This document shows, in pieces, positions 55,823-64,000 of a stretch of DNA of 64,000 bases. The notes beneath the pieces were generated by a model that did no database searches, was not told where the DNA came from, and worked only from the letters and a program-made list of their open reading frames with translations. Source of the stretch: a virus; IMG/VR virus record IMGVR_UViG_3300047095_000811, positions 72,854 to 136,853 of that record; one strand, written 5' to 3'. Positions within the stretch are counted from its first letter, which is position 1, and each line of letters begins with the position of its first letter. Both the position numbers and the translations under genes were made by a program.

Positions 55823-56992
55823 ATGGAGAAGAACTTTGAATCGAGAGACGACGACGTGAACTTCACCATCGTCGTCAACTGGAGGGAGCGCGGCTTCGGC
55901 TGCGCCAAGAACTGCTCTTACTGCAACTGGCGATCTAGCCCGCTGCTCCCGAACGGAGCGCAGAGCGAGGAAGATATCGTCAAGTTCATCAGGCAGTGCA
56001 AGAAGAGCTTCGTCACGATCAGCGGAGGCGGAGACCCTCTCTACAAGTTCGAGGAGAACCGAGACAAGCTTGAGAAGATGGCATCGATCATCCGACGAGA
56101 GGGCTTCAAGGTCAGGCTCATCACCAGAGAGGTAGAGCACATCCCGAGCCTGAAGGGGATCATCGACTGCTTCTCCGTGTCTCTGGACGCGGAAGTCATG
56201 GCTAAGGTGATCGAAATGCGAGAGAAACTCGACGAATTCGACGTAGAGTACTCGTTGGTACTGCCTCCCCTTCCTACCGAGGAAATCGTCAAGCTCAAGC
56301 CCCAGTACTACAAGATGCGCCGGGTGCTGGCTAGGACTCTCGTGCTCCGGGAGAACCTGAACTCGGTGTACCCGCTGGACTTCAAGAAGCTTTCTTTCGG
56401 AAACAGCGCGATCGTCTTCGTCCCGAAGAAGCTGTGCCTCTCAAGCCGCTACCTGTCGAAGATCGACTGCTCCGGGCATGACATCGTTCAGGACAACGAA
56501 GGTCTGGCGTATTTCATGATGCACGACCCGAACCTGATCCTCTTCGGCGGATTCGTGAAGCACCTCGTCGACCCGAAGGTCCACATGGAGTACGGAGACA
56601 TCGATGTCATCGCGACGAACGCCTACTCGGTGGCCTTCCTTGAGAGCGACTTCGGGTACAAATTCAAGAAAGTGTCTCCTGAAGGAGCCTACCCCGCGTA
56701 CTACATCGGGAAGTCGGAAAGAGCCGGTAAGGACATTCAGCTGATCCTCATGCGCCATAAGCTGGATGCCATGAACTTCATTGAAAGCGCCCAGTACGAC
56801 GTCGACCGACTGGCATACTGCAACGGAGACTTCCTGCTCGACACCGAGGAGAAGTTCGAAGCCATCAAGAAGAAAGTAGCAACGCTGCAGCACGACAAGA
56901 GAGACATGTCTCTCTTCAACAAAGACCGCCCTTTGATCGAGCAGAAGCACAAGCTGAAGCTCATGAAGAAGGGTTTCAAGATCAACGAGTGA
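55823..56992 (+). CDS. radical SAM domain fused to nucleotidyltransferase domain
   Basis: CAKNCSYC and ISGGGDPL (radical SAM); LFGGFVKHL...GDIDV...DIQLI...YDVDRLAY (CCA-adding/poly(A) polymerase head-like). Confidence 0.8.
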   Translation: MEKNFESRDDDVNFTIVVNWRERGFGCAKNCSYCNWRSSPLLPNGAQSEEDIVKFIRQCKKSFVTISGGGDPLYKFEENRDKLEKMASIIRREGFKVRLITREVEHIPSLKGIIDCFSVSLDAEVMAKVIEMREKLDEFDVEYSLVLPPLPTEEIVKLKPQYYKMRRVLARTLVLRENLNSVYPLDFKKLSFGNSAIVFVPKKLCLSSRYLSKIDCSGHDIVQDNEGLAYFMMHDPNLILFGGFVKHLVDPKVHMEYGDIDVIATNAYSVAFLESDFGYKFKKVSPEGAYPAYYIGKSERAGKDIQLILMRHKLDAMNFIESAQYDVDRLAYCNGDFLLDTEEKFEAIKKKVATLQHDKRDMSLFNKDRPLIEQKHKLKLMKKGFKINE

Positions 56993-57006
56993 CGAAAGGA
57001 AGAAGC

Positions 57007-57720
57007 ATGAACACGACTATCTACACCACCGCCGAGGCAATGGAAACTCTCGAAGCTATCAAGGGCCTGAGCTGGAGCGACCGAACTGGCGAGCACTCTG
57101 ATCTGGCAAGCAAGCAGGGCTACACCCTGAAGCAAGACCTTAACTTGTCGGTCCTGCCCGACGGCGCTTCCATCGGCCTGTCGATCAACACCAAGCTGAT
57201 CGACTACTACGTCAGCCACGTAGAGTTCCCGGCAAACCTCCGTGGCTGCATCTTCGAGGGTGCTCCGAACCTTCCTCCGAAGTACGTGGAAAACATCGAG
57301 TACTGGAGTCACGAGGTCAAGACCCCGGAGGACACGAATACGGTCTACTTCCAGAACCCCGACAACGCCTACATGGTGCAGCTGGTCGAGGACGAAGAGG
57401 GGGAGAACCACGTTCCCGAACGCTTCGTCAGCGAGGGCATCGTCGTCCACATCAAGGAGCTCAAGGATCTGATCGACACTCACGGACTCCAGCCGGAGCA
57501 ATTCATCGAGATCGGCCTCCCTGTAGATCGGGAAGTCTTCGGAAACGAGGACGGCGACACGTCGCTCTATGACACTGGTCATGAGTACAAGGTGGACGTC
57601 GCAGAGGGCATCGAGGTGATCTACCTAAAGGTCGATGACGTTCTGAAGTCTCCAGATCCCAATAACATCTACATCGACGTGCTCCGCCATGAGATGCTCG
57701 ATTACGGGTATTATTACTGA
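57007..57720 (+). CDS. hypothetical acidic protein
   Basis: 237 aa directly after the rSAM-NTase gene, AAGGA RBS. Confidence 0.75.
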   Translation: MNTTIYTTAEAMETLEAIKGLSWSDRTGEHSDLASKQGYTLKQDLNLSVLPDGASIGLSINTKLIDYYVSHVEFPANLRGCIFEGAPNLPPKYVENIEYWSHEVKTPEDTNTVYFQNPDNAYMVQLVEDEEGENHVPERFVSEGIVVHIKELKDLIDTHGLQPEQFIEIGLPVDREVFGNEDGDTSLYDTGHEYKVDVAEGIEVIYLKVDDVLKSPDPNNIYIDVLRHEMLDYGYYY

Positions 57721-57825
57721 TATAGATAAATCGGTAGTACTGAGGTAAATCGTTATAGGGAGAGATAAATTCTCTCCCTATTTCTTTAAAATATCAATAG
57801 TAATAATACTCACGAGGGGCTAGTA

Positions 57826-58062
57826 ATGGTAGGCGTAACTGGTGACAACCAGCAATTCAATAAAGTTGCTGGGAAGTGGTACGGCGTGTATGTCGATGGC
57901 GACGGGTATGTAGCCGGGAAGTGCAAGACTGCCAATTCCGTTTCGGCGGTTTACAAGTTCGAAGACGGAACCTCTGCCGAGGTTTCCGATAGTAAAGTGT
58001 ACGTCGGTCCTGAAGACAAGGCCATCGACGTCTGGTTCGCTCTAAAGCGCAAGTTCGGTTAA
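57826..58062 (+). CDS. hypothetical protein
   Basis: 78 aa, GAGG RBS. Confidence 0.65.
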   Translation: MVGVTGDNQQFNKVAGKWYGVYVDGDGYVAGKCKTANSVSAVYKFEDGTSAEVSDSKVYVGPEDKAIDVWFALKRKFG

Positions 58063-58078
58063 GAAGAAAGGAAACAAA

Positions 58079-58510
58079 ATGGGACTGTTCAGTTGGCTGT
58101 TCGGTAAGAAGAAAGCGCAGCAACCCTCCAAACAGGAGATCGAGAAGGTCATGCCTGCTCCGAAGCCTGTAGTCCGTACCGTAGAGCGGGCACCTCAGCG
58201 TCAATCCGCTCCGACCCACATCCCGAGTCGTCCGACGCCATCGAAGCCGGTTCAGGTTCAGCGGACCCATGATGCTCGTCGTCGCCGTGACGATGACGAC
58301 GATACATCTGCGTTCTCCATTCAGAACCAGATACTCTTCTCGGCGGCGTCGGACGACACTCCCTCCCGCTCTTCGAGCTACCACGGTTCATCTAGCAGCT
58401 GCCACTCCAGCAGCTACAGTGACCACTCGTCGTCGCATCACTCCTCTTCCCACGACTCTTCCTCTTCTTCCTGCGATTCGAGCTCCAGCAGCTCGTGCGG
58501 ATGCGATTGA
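58079..58510 (+). CDS. hypothetical protein with Ser/His-rich tail
   Basis: Begins MGLFSWLFGKKK, Pro-rich middle, ends SSSSSSCGCD. Confidence 0.7.
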   Translation: MGLFSWLFGKKKAQQPSKQEIEKVMPAPKPVVRTVERAPQRQSAPTHIPSRPTPSKPVQVQRTHDARRRRDDDDDTSAFSIQNQILFSAASDDTPSRSSSYHGSSSSCHSSSYSDHSSSHHSSSHDSSSSSCDSSSSSSCGCD

Positions 58511-58518
58511 GGTCAAAC

Positions 58519-58971
58519 ATGGGAAAGAAAGACCAGCGCACGATAGACGATCTGTATGAGGTCATGGAAGCGATCCTGAAAGAGCAGCAGATGATCAAGA
58601 AGCTCCTTGAGAGCAACCATGCTCCAGCAACTCAGGCGCAGACGTCTCAAAGAGTGTTCCCGAAAGGGAAGTACAAGGGGAAGACGCCAGCTCAGGTTCT
58701 GGACATCGAGCCGAGCTACATCGAGTTCATCTACAAGACGTACATCCTCCAGCAGAACGCTCATTCCGCTGACTGGAGCATGGTGACCGAAGATCACTAC
58801 AACGCTGCCCTCTCTCGTGGAGCCGGTGGAAGGACTCCGGGTTCCGGGATGACCACCGGCGCTCCGGCAAGGGCGACCGTGATGGACGAAGAAGACGCTC
58901 CCCCTCCGAGCAAGAAGAAGAAGCCTGTTCCGAAGCCTCCAGAGTTTCTGGGCGACGACATCCCCTTCTGA
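58519..58971 (+). CDS. protein with FPKGKYKG small domain and SSB-like DDIPF C-terminus
   Basis: FPKGKYKGKTPAQVLDIEPSYIEFI; terminal GDDIPF. Confidence 0.7.
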   Translation: MGKKDQRTIDDLYEVMEAILKEQQMIKKLLESNHAPATQAQTSQRVFPKGKYKGKTPAQVLDIEPSYIEFIYKTYILQQNAHSADWSMVTEDHYNAALSRGAGGRTPGSGMTTGAPARATVMDEEDAPPPSKKKKPVPKPPEFLGDDIPF

Positions 58972-58975
58972 CAAG

Positions 58976-59008
58976 CGACGAGTGACTCCGGTCACTCGTT
59001 TTTTTTTT
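58976..59008 (+). terminator. intrinsic terminator
   Basis: ACGAGTGAC-tccg-GTCACTCGT followed by a T-run. Confidence 0.85.
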
Positions 59009-59076
59009 CCGTGATAACGTCAGGCTTCGACATATATGATTAGGGTGTAGTAACTTTCGTAACACTGGAGGAATTT

Positions 59077-59343
59077 ATGGAAAGTGTCAACAAGACCTGG
59101 GACGACGTCGCAGTCGGCTCGATGGTCCGACTGAAGAAGGATCTGTACTACGTCAACACCGACAAGTTGGCCGAGTACAGTCTCGTGACAAAGAAAGAGA
59201 TCGACGATGCGACCGACCTCGCTCATCCAGAAGGTAGCGTGTTCATCTTCGGAGAAGGCTCCGTCCTCTCCGGCGAGTCCGGCGAGATCGAGGTCAGCGG
59301 GGATTTCGAGTCCGACGTCTATGAGGTCGTCGTCGTAAGCTAG
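59077..59343 (+). CDS. hypothetical acidic protein
   Basis: 88 aa, GGAGG RBS, ATATATGAT at 59032-59040. Confidence 0.7.
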   Translation: MESVNKTWDDVAVGSMVRLKKDLYYVNTDKLAEYSLVTKKEIDDATDLAHPEGSVFIFGEGSVLSGESGEIEVSGDFESDVYEVVVVS

Positions 59344-59352
59344 GGGCAGAAA

Positions 59353-60474
59353 ATGGTATCACTGTTATTGATAGTAGCTTTCCCGCTGTGCTGGCCCTTC
59401 ATCGCAAAGATGATCTGGGGTCGTAGCCTCAACTGGCAGGAGATGGCGATCAACGTTGCGGTCGCTGTCGCTCTGGCAGGAGGAACCTATTGGGCTGGTC
59501 TAGCTTACCAAACTATGGACCGGGAGGTATGGAACGGCGAAGTAGTCTCGAAGACAAGGGAAGAAGTCTCTTGCAGCCACTCGTACTCCTGCAACTGCAA
59601 GCAGGTGTGCTCCGGCTCTGGCAAGGACCGCTCCTGTTCTACGTCGTGCGATACGTGTTATGAGCACATCAACGACTACGACTGGGTGCTGAAGACGAAC
59701 GTCAAGGAGGACATCGACATCGACCGCGTCGACCGTCAGGGGGTCCACATGCCGCCACGCTTTGCAGCTGCAAAGGCGGGCGATCCGGTTGCGGTGACGA
59801 AGATGTTCACCAACTACGTCAAAGCCGTTCCGGAATCGCTCTTCAACGTGGACAAGGGGATGCAGCACGAGGCCAGCTTTGCTGGTATGCTCCCTGAGTA
59901 TCCTCTCAGCGTGTATGACTACCACTACCTGAATCGGGCGATATCGGTCGGTGTGCCGGTGCCTGACATCCAGCAGTGGAATATTGATATAGCCAATACG
60001 CTGAAGAAGCTCGGCCCATCCAAGCAGGCCAACTTGATCGTGCTCTTCGTCAAGTCCAGCGACCCCAACTACGTCTATGCTCTTCAGAAGCACTGGCTTG
60101 GCGGGAAGAAGAACGACGTCGTAGTCATGCTCGGCTCGACCGAGTACCCCAAGCTCGACTGGGTGCGGGTGATGTCGTGGACTGACGAAGAGATCTTCAA
60201 GGTCACTCTCAGGGACTCCTTGCAAGACCTTGAGTTCATCAACCGTGAGAGGATGATCCCGATCATCTCTGACACAACCGTCAAGCTTTTCAAGAGAAAG
60301 CACATGAGGGACTTCGAGTACCTCAAGACGGAAATCGAACCTCCGACGTGGGTCATGGCACTAGCCGTGGCTCTCGGCGTCATCAGCAGTCTGCTGCTGT
60401 CGATGCACTTCGCAGGCAAACTAGACGGGCTCTTCCGTCGCAAGCGTTTCACACCTCGTAACTACTACCGCTGA
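59353..60474 (+). CDS. membrane protein with Cys-rich extracytoplasmic domain
   Basis: Two N-terminal TMs, CSHSYSCNC...CDTCYEH, WLGGKKNDVVV, C-terminal TM. Confidence 0.75.
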   Translation: MVSLLLIVAFPLCWPFIAKMIWGRSLNWQEMAINVAVAVALAGGTYWAGLAYQTMDREVWNGEVVSKTREEVSCSHSYSCNCKQVCSGSGKDRSCSTSCDTCYEHINDYDWVLKTNVKEDIDIDRVDRQGVHMPPRFAAAKAGDPVAVTKMFTNYVKAVPESLFNVDKGMQHEASFAGMLPEYPLSVYDYHYLNRAISVGVPVPDIQQWNIDIANTLKKLGPSKQANLIVLFVKSSDPNYVYALQKHWLGGKKNDVVVMLGSTEYPKLDWVRVMSWTDEEIFKVTLRDSLQDLEFINRERMIPIISDTTVKLFKRKHMRDFEYLKTEIEPPTWVMALAVALGVISSLLLSMHFAGKLDGLFRRKRFTPRNYYR

Positions 60475-60494
60475 GCGGTAAAGGAACCAAAGCA

Positions 60495-61067
60495 ATGAAC
60501 AAGACCATCGCAATCATCGGCGGGATCATCCTCGTCCTCTTCCTCGGCATCGCCGCAATCTGTGGCGTCAGCTACATCTCCGCCAGCAACAGCGGCAACC
60601 GCATGGAGCAGCAGCTCAAGGCGGAGTGGGAGAACAACAAGAACATTCTGGCGTCGTACAGCCAGAAGATCGTCGAAGCTTCTCAGGTCCCCGACATGAT
60701 GAAGGACGACCTGAAGGCTGTAGTCAATGACGCCATCCAAGCCCGCTACGGCAAGGACGGCTCGAAGGCCATGTTCCAGATGATCCACGAGCAGAACCCC
60801 AATCTGGATCCTGCTCTGTACCGCAAGCTGCAGCAGCTGATCGAGAGCGGTCGCGACGAGTTCAAGAACTCTCAGACCCGCTTCATCGATGTGAAGCGCA
60901 ACTACGAGACTCAGCTCGGCTACTTCTGGGGTGGCATGTGGCTCCGCATGGCTGGCTATCCGAAGATCAATCTGGCCGACTACAAGATCGTCACCACCGA
61001 CGCAACTGAAGAAGCCTTCCGCACTGGTCGCGACAAGCCGATCCAGCTGCGTCCGGCAAAGCAGTAA
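60495..61067 (+). CDS. LemA-like membrane-anchored protein
   Basis: N-terminal TM, helical bundle, IESGRDEF...KRNYE; paired with the upstream membrane protein. Confidence 0.6.
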   Translation: MNKTIAIIGGIILVLFLGIAAICGVSYISASNSGNRMEQQLKAEWENNKNILASYSQKIVEASQVPDMMKDDLKAVVNDAIQARYGKDGSKAMFQMIHEQNPNLDPALYRKLQQLIESGRDEFKNSQTRFIDVKRNYETQLGYFWGGMWLRMAGYPKINLADYKIVTTDATEEAFRTGRDKPIQLRPAKQ

Positions 61068-61079
61068 CCGCTAACGAGA

Positions 61080-61113
61080 ACGGCATGGGAACCCCCCATG
61101 CCGTTTCTTTTTT
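61080..61113 (+). terminator. intrinsic terminator
   Basis: ACGGCATGGG-aaccc-CCCATGCCGT followed by a T-run. Confidence 0.8.
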
Positions 61114-61125
61114 GGGAGAATAAGA

Positions 61126-61782
61126 ATGACAAGCAAGACGAGAGGGAGGATACCCTCGATCCAGTATGTGAAAGGAACTACTTGGGGAACCATCGCTGAT
61201 CACCCGGAGTTCAGGCAGATGTGGGCCTTCCTCCACGCCCACGGGGAACGGTTCATCTTCGATCGCAAGCTCGACACGTCGATGGGCAAGAAAGAAATGC
61301 ATGGCAAGTGCATCATGGAAGCCCATGTCAACCGATTAGTCTGGCAGGAGAAGGCACCCGACAGTCTCAAAGAGCGCATGCTGAAGATGTACGCCGAAGG
61401 TCTCAGCTCGGTGTCTCCTACCTGCCTCCATGCCTGGAACGTATTGCATTCTACACGCCATGCCAAGGTCTTCGACCGAACATGGGAAGTGGACGCAGAC
61501 ATCGAAGAGAAGGATGTCTGGTATCAGGGTGTGCTGTTCGACGAGGAACTATTCGAGTGGGTGCGCTTCAAGCAGCGGGCAGAAGGATTCCAGAGCACGG
61601 CTCCCTATCTTACCGAGGGGTGCTGCGTCCTGACCTACAAGCCACTGCTGGACGGCACGTTCGCAGATTACCCCATGAGGGACGAGGACTACGAGGCTTC
61701 ATTCGAGTCTCTTGTCAAATTCATCGACGCGTCCATGCGCGTCGGAGAGATCCAATACGCAAATAGGAACAGAAACAAATGA
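61126..61782 (+). CDS. hypothetical protein
   Basis: 218 aa with HAWN..FDRTW motif. Confidence 0.7.
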   Translation: MTSKTRGRIPSIQYVKGTTWGTIADHPEFRQMWAFLHAHGERFIFDRKLDTSMGKKEMHGKCIMEAHVNRLVWQEKAPDSLKERMLKMYAEGLSSVSPTCLHAWNVLHSTRHAKVFDRTWEVDADIEEKDVWYQGVLFDEELFEWVRFKQRAEGFQSTAPYLTEGCCVLTYKPLLDGTFADYPMRDEDYEASFESLVKFIDASMRVGEIQYANRNRNK

Positions 61783-62030
61783 TCGAATTCGACATCAACC
61801 AACTCTTCACCGTCAAGCACGGTATGCCGTGGATCCTCTCCGCGATCACCGTGTACATGAGCATCCTCGTCGGGAACCAGAACAAGAAAGCTTGGGCAAT
61901 CGGCCTAGGCAACCAGTGCCTCTGGCTTCTTTGGATCGTCGTGGATCAGGCTTGGGGTCTCATCCCCATGAACCTCATCCTGTCGGTGACCTACTTCCGC
62001 AATCACATCAAGTGGAACAAGCAGCAATGA
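61779..62030 (+). CDS. small multi-TM membrane protein
   Basis: 83 aa, three hydrophobic segments, Trp-rich. Confidence 0.7.
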   Translation: MIEFDINQLFTVKHGMPWILSAITVYMSILVGNQNKKAWAIGLGNQCLWLLWIVVDQAWGLIPMNLILSVTYFRNHIKWNKQQ

Positions 62031-62257
62031 CAACGCTATACAAGAGAAGCCTCCGCCATCGGCCACCCATGACTGGCGGGTTATGGCTCACCATCGTCTC
62101 GGCTGTCTATCTGGCCGTTGGTATCTTCAACTTCGCAATGCCCTTCATGGCAATCGAGTTCATCCAAGCGGTCTACTGCTTGGTGCTCGCCTTACCGCTG
62201 TTCGTGCCGCCTCTGGCCCGAGCCTTCAACGTCAAGTGTCTCATAGGAGAGAAGTGA
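62027..62257 (+). CDS. small two-TM membrane protein
   Basis: Starts MTTLYKRS at an ATGA overlap; two hydrophobic segments. Confidence 0.65.
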   Translation: MTTLYKRSLRHRPPMTGGLWLTIVSAVYLAVGIFNFAMPFMAIEFIQAVYCLVLALPLFVPPLARAFNVKCLIGEK

Positions 62258-62259
62258 TC

Positions 62260-62967
62260 ATGAGCAACCACGAATGGATCCGTCCGTCCAAGCGGCTCCC
62301 GAAGCCCTACGAAGAGGTCCGCATCCTGTACGAGGGCGTGTCCCGCATCGCCCGCCTCGGCCACGACTCGAAGTCCTTCCAGCTGGCCTCCTTCAAGTGC
62401 GACAACAAGTACCAGTACTTGATTCCGGTGGAGCGCGTTGATTACTGGATGGTGTTGCCCTTCCCCGAACCTCCGGTGGAACCCAAAGAAGTCGATGCTA
62501 GTTCTCCGTGCAAGGGAGAGTCCTTCATGGAGTTCGTCCACGACGCCCTGACCTCTGTGTACGACGATCTCTCCAAGGCTTACTACCTCATAATCGCGGC
62601 CCTTCCCGATGATGTATGCGAGGACGTAAAGGTCGGAAACCGGCAGGATATCGAGCGAACTTCGCGTCTGGTGGACCCGATGCTGGACCCGATCGGCAAG
62701 ATCGGCGGCATCATGCAGTTCGTCGAGAAGAACCTGAAGACCGCTGAGCTGTCCGTCGACGACTGGGCTGAGCTGCACCGTCTCAGGGAAGAGATCAAGG
62801 GTCCGGAGGGATACGCAACGTGGAAGGACGCCGCAGTGGACGAGAAGGTCAAGCGCATCAAGCTTGAGAAGATCATGGAAGGCGTCAACGAGAGACTCGA
62901 TTCCCTCGTCAACGTCGCTCGCCAATCCAAGAAAGTCGAAGGAACCAAGAAAGGAACCGAGCAATGA
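62260..62967 (+). CDS. hypothetical protein (N-terminal WI...RLP...WMxLP domain)
   Basis: Starts MSNHEWIRPSKRLP after an AGGAG RBS; DUF551-like pattern. Confidence 0.7.
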   Translation: MSNHEWIRPSKRLPKPYEEVRILYEGVSRIARLGHDSKSFQLASFKCDNKYQYLIPVERVDYWMVLPFPEPPVEPKEVDASSPCKGESFMEFVHDALTSVYDDLSKAYYLIIAALPDDVCEDVKVGNRQDIERTSRLVDPMLDPIGKIGGIMQFVEKNLKTAELSVDDWAELHRLREEIKGPEGYATWKDAAVDEKVKRIKLEKIMEGVNERLDSLVNVARQSKKVEGTKKGTEQ

Positions 62968-63509
62968 GCCACTACACATCCAAGGAGTTCGCCGAGAAGC
63001 CGATCTCCGAGATCTTATCCCTACTGTCCAGCCAGAAGATCGTCTCCTTCGACTACAAGACGGGATGGGGCGACTACGAGGGCAACATGGAGTTCGACGA
63101 GCTGGAGATCACCTTCGAGGACGGCACTGTCATCTCCGAGATCGAAGGCTACAACAACATCTTCGAGACTCTATCCTACGACAAGCTCTCCTTAGCCCAC
63201 AAGGTCCAAACTTCGGCAGACTTCGCAGGGTGGTACCTCTACCAGCTGGTCGACGAAGACAGTATCGTGATCTTCAAGCGTGGCGGTCGCAACATGTTCG
63301 AAGAGTACAAGCAACTGTACCCCAACCACGATTCCGTCAACGACTGGTCCCCGGAATACCTGACGGAAGAGGCAGTCCAGCCGCTCCGGCTGCACGACGA
63401 CAGACTGCAGCAGCTGAGGGACGCGGGATACCCGGACGCGGCAGAAGAGATACTGCACCTCCGTCAGCTAGCAGGAGTCGTCGGACTGATACGAGCACGG
63501 AGACAGTGA
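62964..63509 (+). CDS. hypothetical protein
   Basis: 181 aa, ATGA-coupled to the upstream gene. Confidence 0.7.
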   Translation: MSHYTSKEFAEKPISEILSLLSSQKIVSFDYKTGWGDYEGNMEFDELEITFEDGTVISEIEGYNNIFETLSYDKLSLAHKVQTSADFAGWYLYQLVDEDSIVIFKRGGRNMFEEYKQLYPNHDSVNDWSPEYLTEEAVQPLRLHDDRLQQLRDAGYPDAAEEILHLRQLAGVVGLIRARRQ

Positions 63510-63627
63510 AGAACTAGGAGTACGACTGGGCTCCACGGGGTCTAAACCGGAGGCGGATGCACGGAGTGACGACAAGTACTTTGTCAGAAGCTTCCGGTCT
63601 AAACTTAAGGATTAAAGAAAGGAGTTG

Positions 63628-64000
63628 ATGATAGTGGGCAAGAAGAAAAGTAATATGGGACGTAAACCTATCCGTGTCGGGGAGAAGCACAGATTGCCCT
63701 CGGGCACGATGGTTCGGGTCCGGAGGGTCGAGGCGGTGTCGAACCCGAACTTCGTCTACGCACGGATAGTTGGCAAGGCACTGCCCGTACTGAAGGGAAT
63801 ACACTCGGACGACCTGAGAGTCTTCCGCGACGACCTGACGGCATCGGTGTTGGGCAGGATGAAAGACTGCCCAACGATGACGTGGGAGGAAGCTAGGAAG
63901 ACTCCTCCTAAAGAGGTCGGAATCGATCTCCACAGACAACGAGAATCCTTGCAGCCGCCGCCGACTAAGTGCCATTGGGTGTCGTTAAAGCAAGAGTGGA
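63628..64000 (+). CDS. hypothetical protein, partial (runs off the window)
   Basis: AAGGAG RBS, ATG 63628, frame open to the window end (MIVGKKKSNMGRKPIRVGE...). Confidence 0.55.
   Translation, partial: MIVGKKKSNMGRKPIRVGEKHRLPSGTMVRVRRVEAVSNPNFVYARIVGKALPVLKGIHSDDLRVFRDDLTASVLGRMKDCPTMTWEEARKTPPKEVGIDLHRQRESLQPPPTKCHWVSLKQEW

Noticed and set aside
63510-64000. Apparent non-coding end region with hairpins, considered as a large ncRNA or intron
   Set aside because: An ORF with a good RBS starts at 63628 and stays open to the window edge; the ORF track missed it because it has no stop in the window.
1-64000. Alternative genetic code, and phage nucleus or tubulin genes
   Set aside because: Genes are intact under the standard code and TAA, TGA and TAG all act as stops. 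No chimallin or PhuZ was recognisable in this window, so nucleus formation cannot be judged.

Overview
This window is a gene-dense, GC-rich segment of a jumbo myophage that encodes its own split multisubunit RNA polymerases (phiKZ/AR9/phiR1-37-type organisation). Structural and packaging genes: start of the tail sheath, terminase large subunit, a 2785-aa tape measure protein with a transglycosylase domain, baseplate-type proteins and a prohead protease. Transcription, replication and nucleotide genes: three RNAP subunit genes, DnaB-like and SF2 helicases, SbcC/SbcD, RusA, two HU-like proteins, a guanylate kinase-like protein, dCMP deaminase, RdgB/ITPase and an MBD4-like glycosylase. The intergenic DNA holds two phage promoter motifs: A[T/G]ATATnAT before non-structural genes, and [A/G]ACA-N6-TA (about 19 copies) mostly before virion/late genes. 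The second matches the uracil-dependent late promoter of phage AR9. Two copies of it drive short transcription units with no credible ORF (candidate sRNAs). An accessory locus near 54-58 kb has a CheY-like regulator and an Acb1-like anti-CBASS domain fusion, divergent from a radical SAM-nucleotidyltransferase fusion. All family calls come from motif recognition by eye; no database searches were run.
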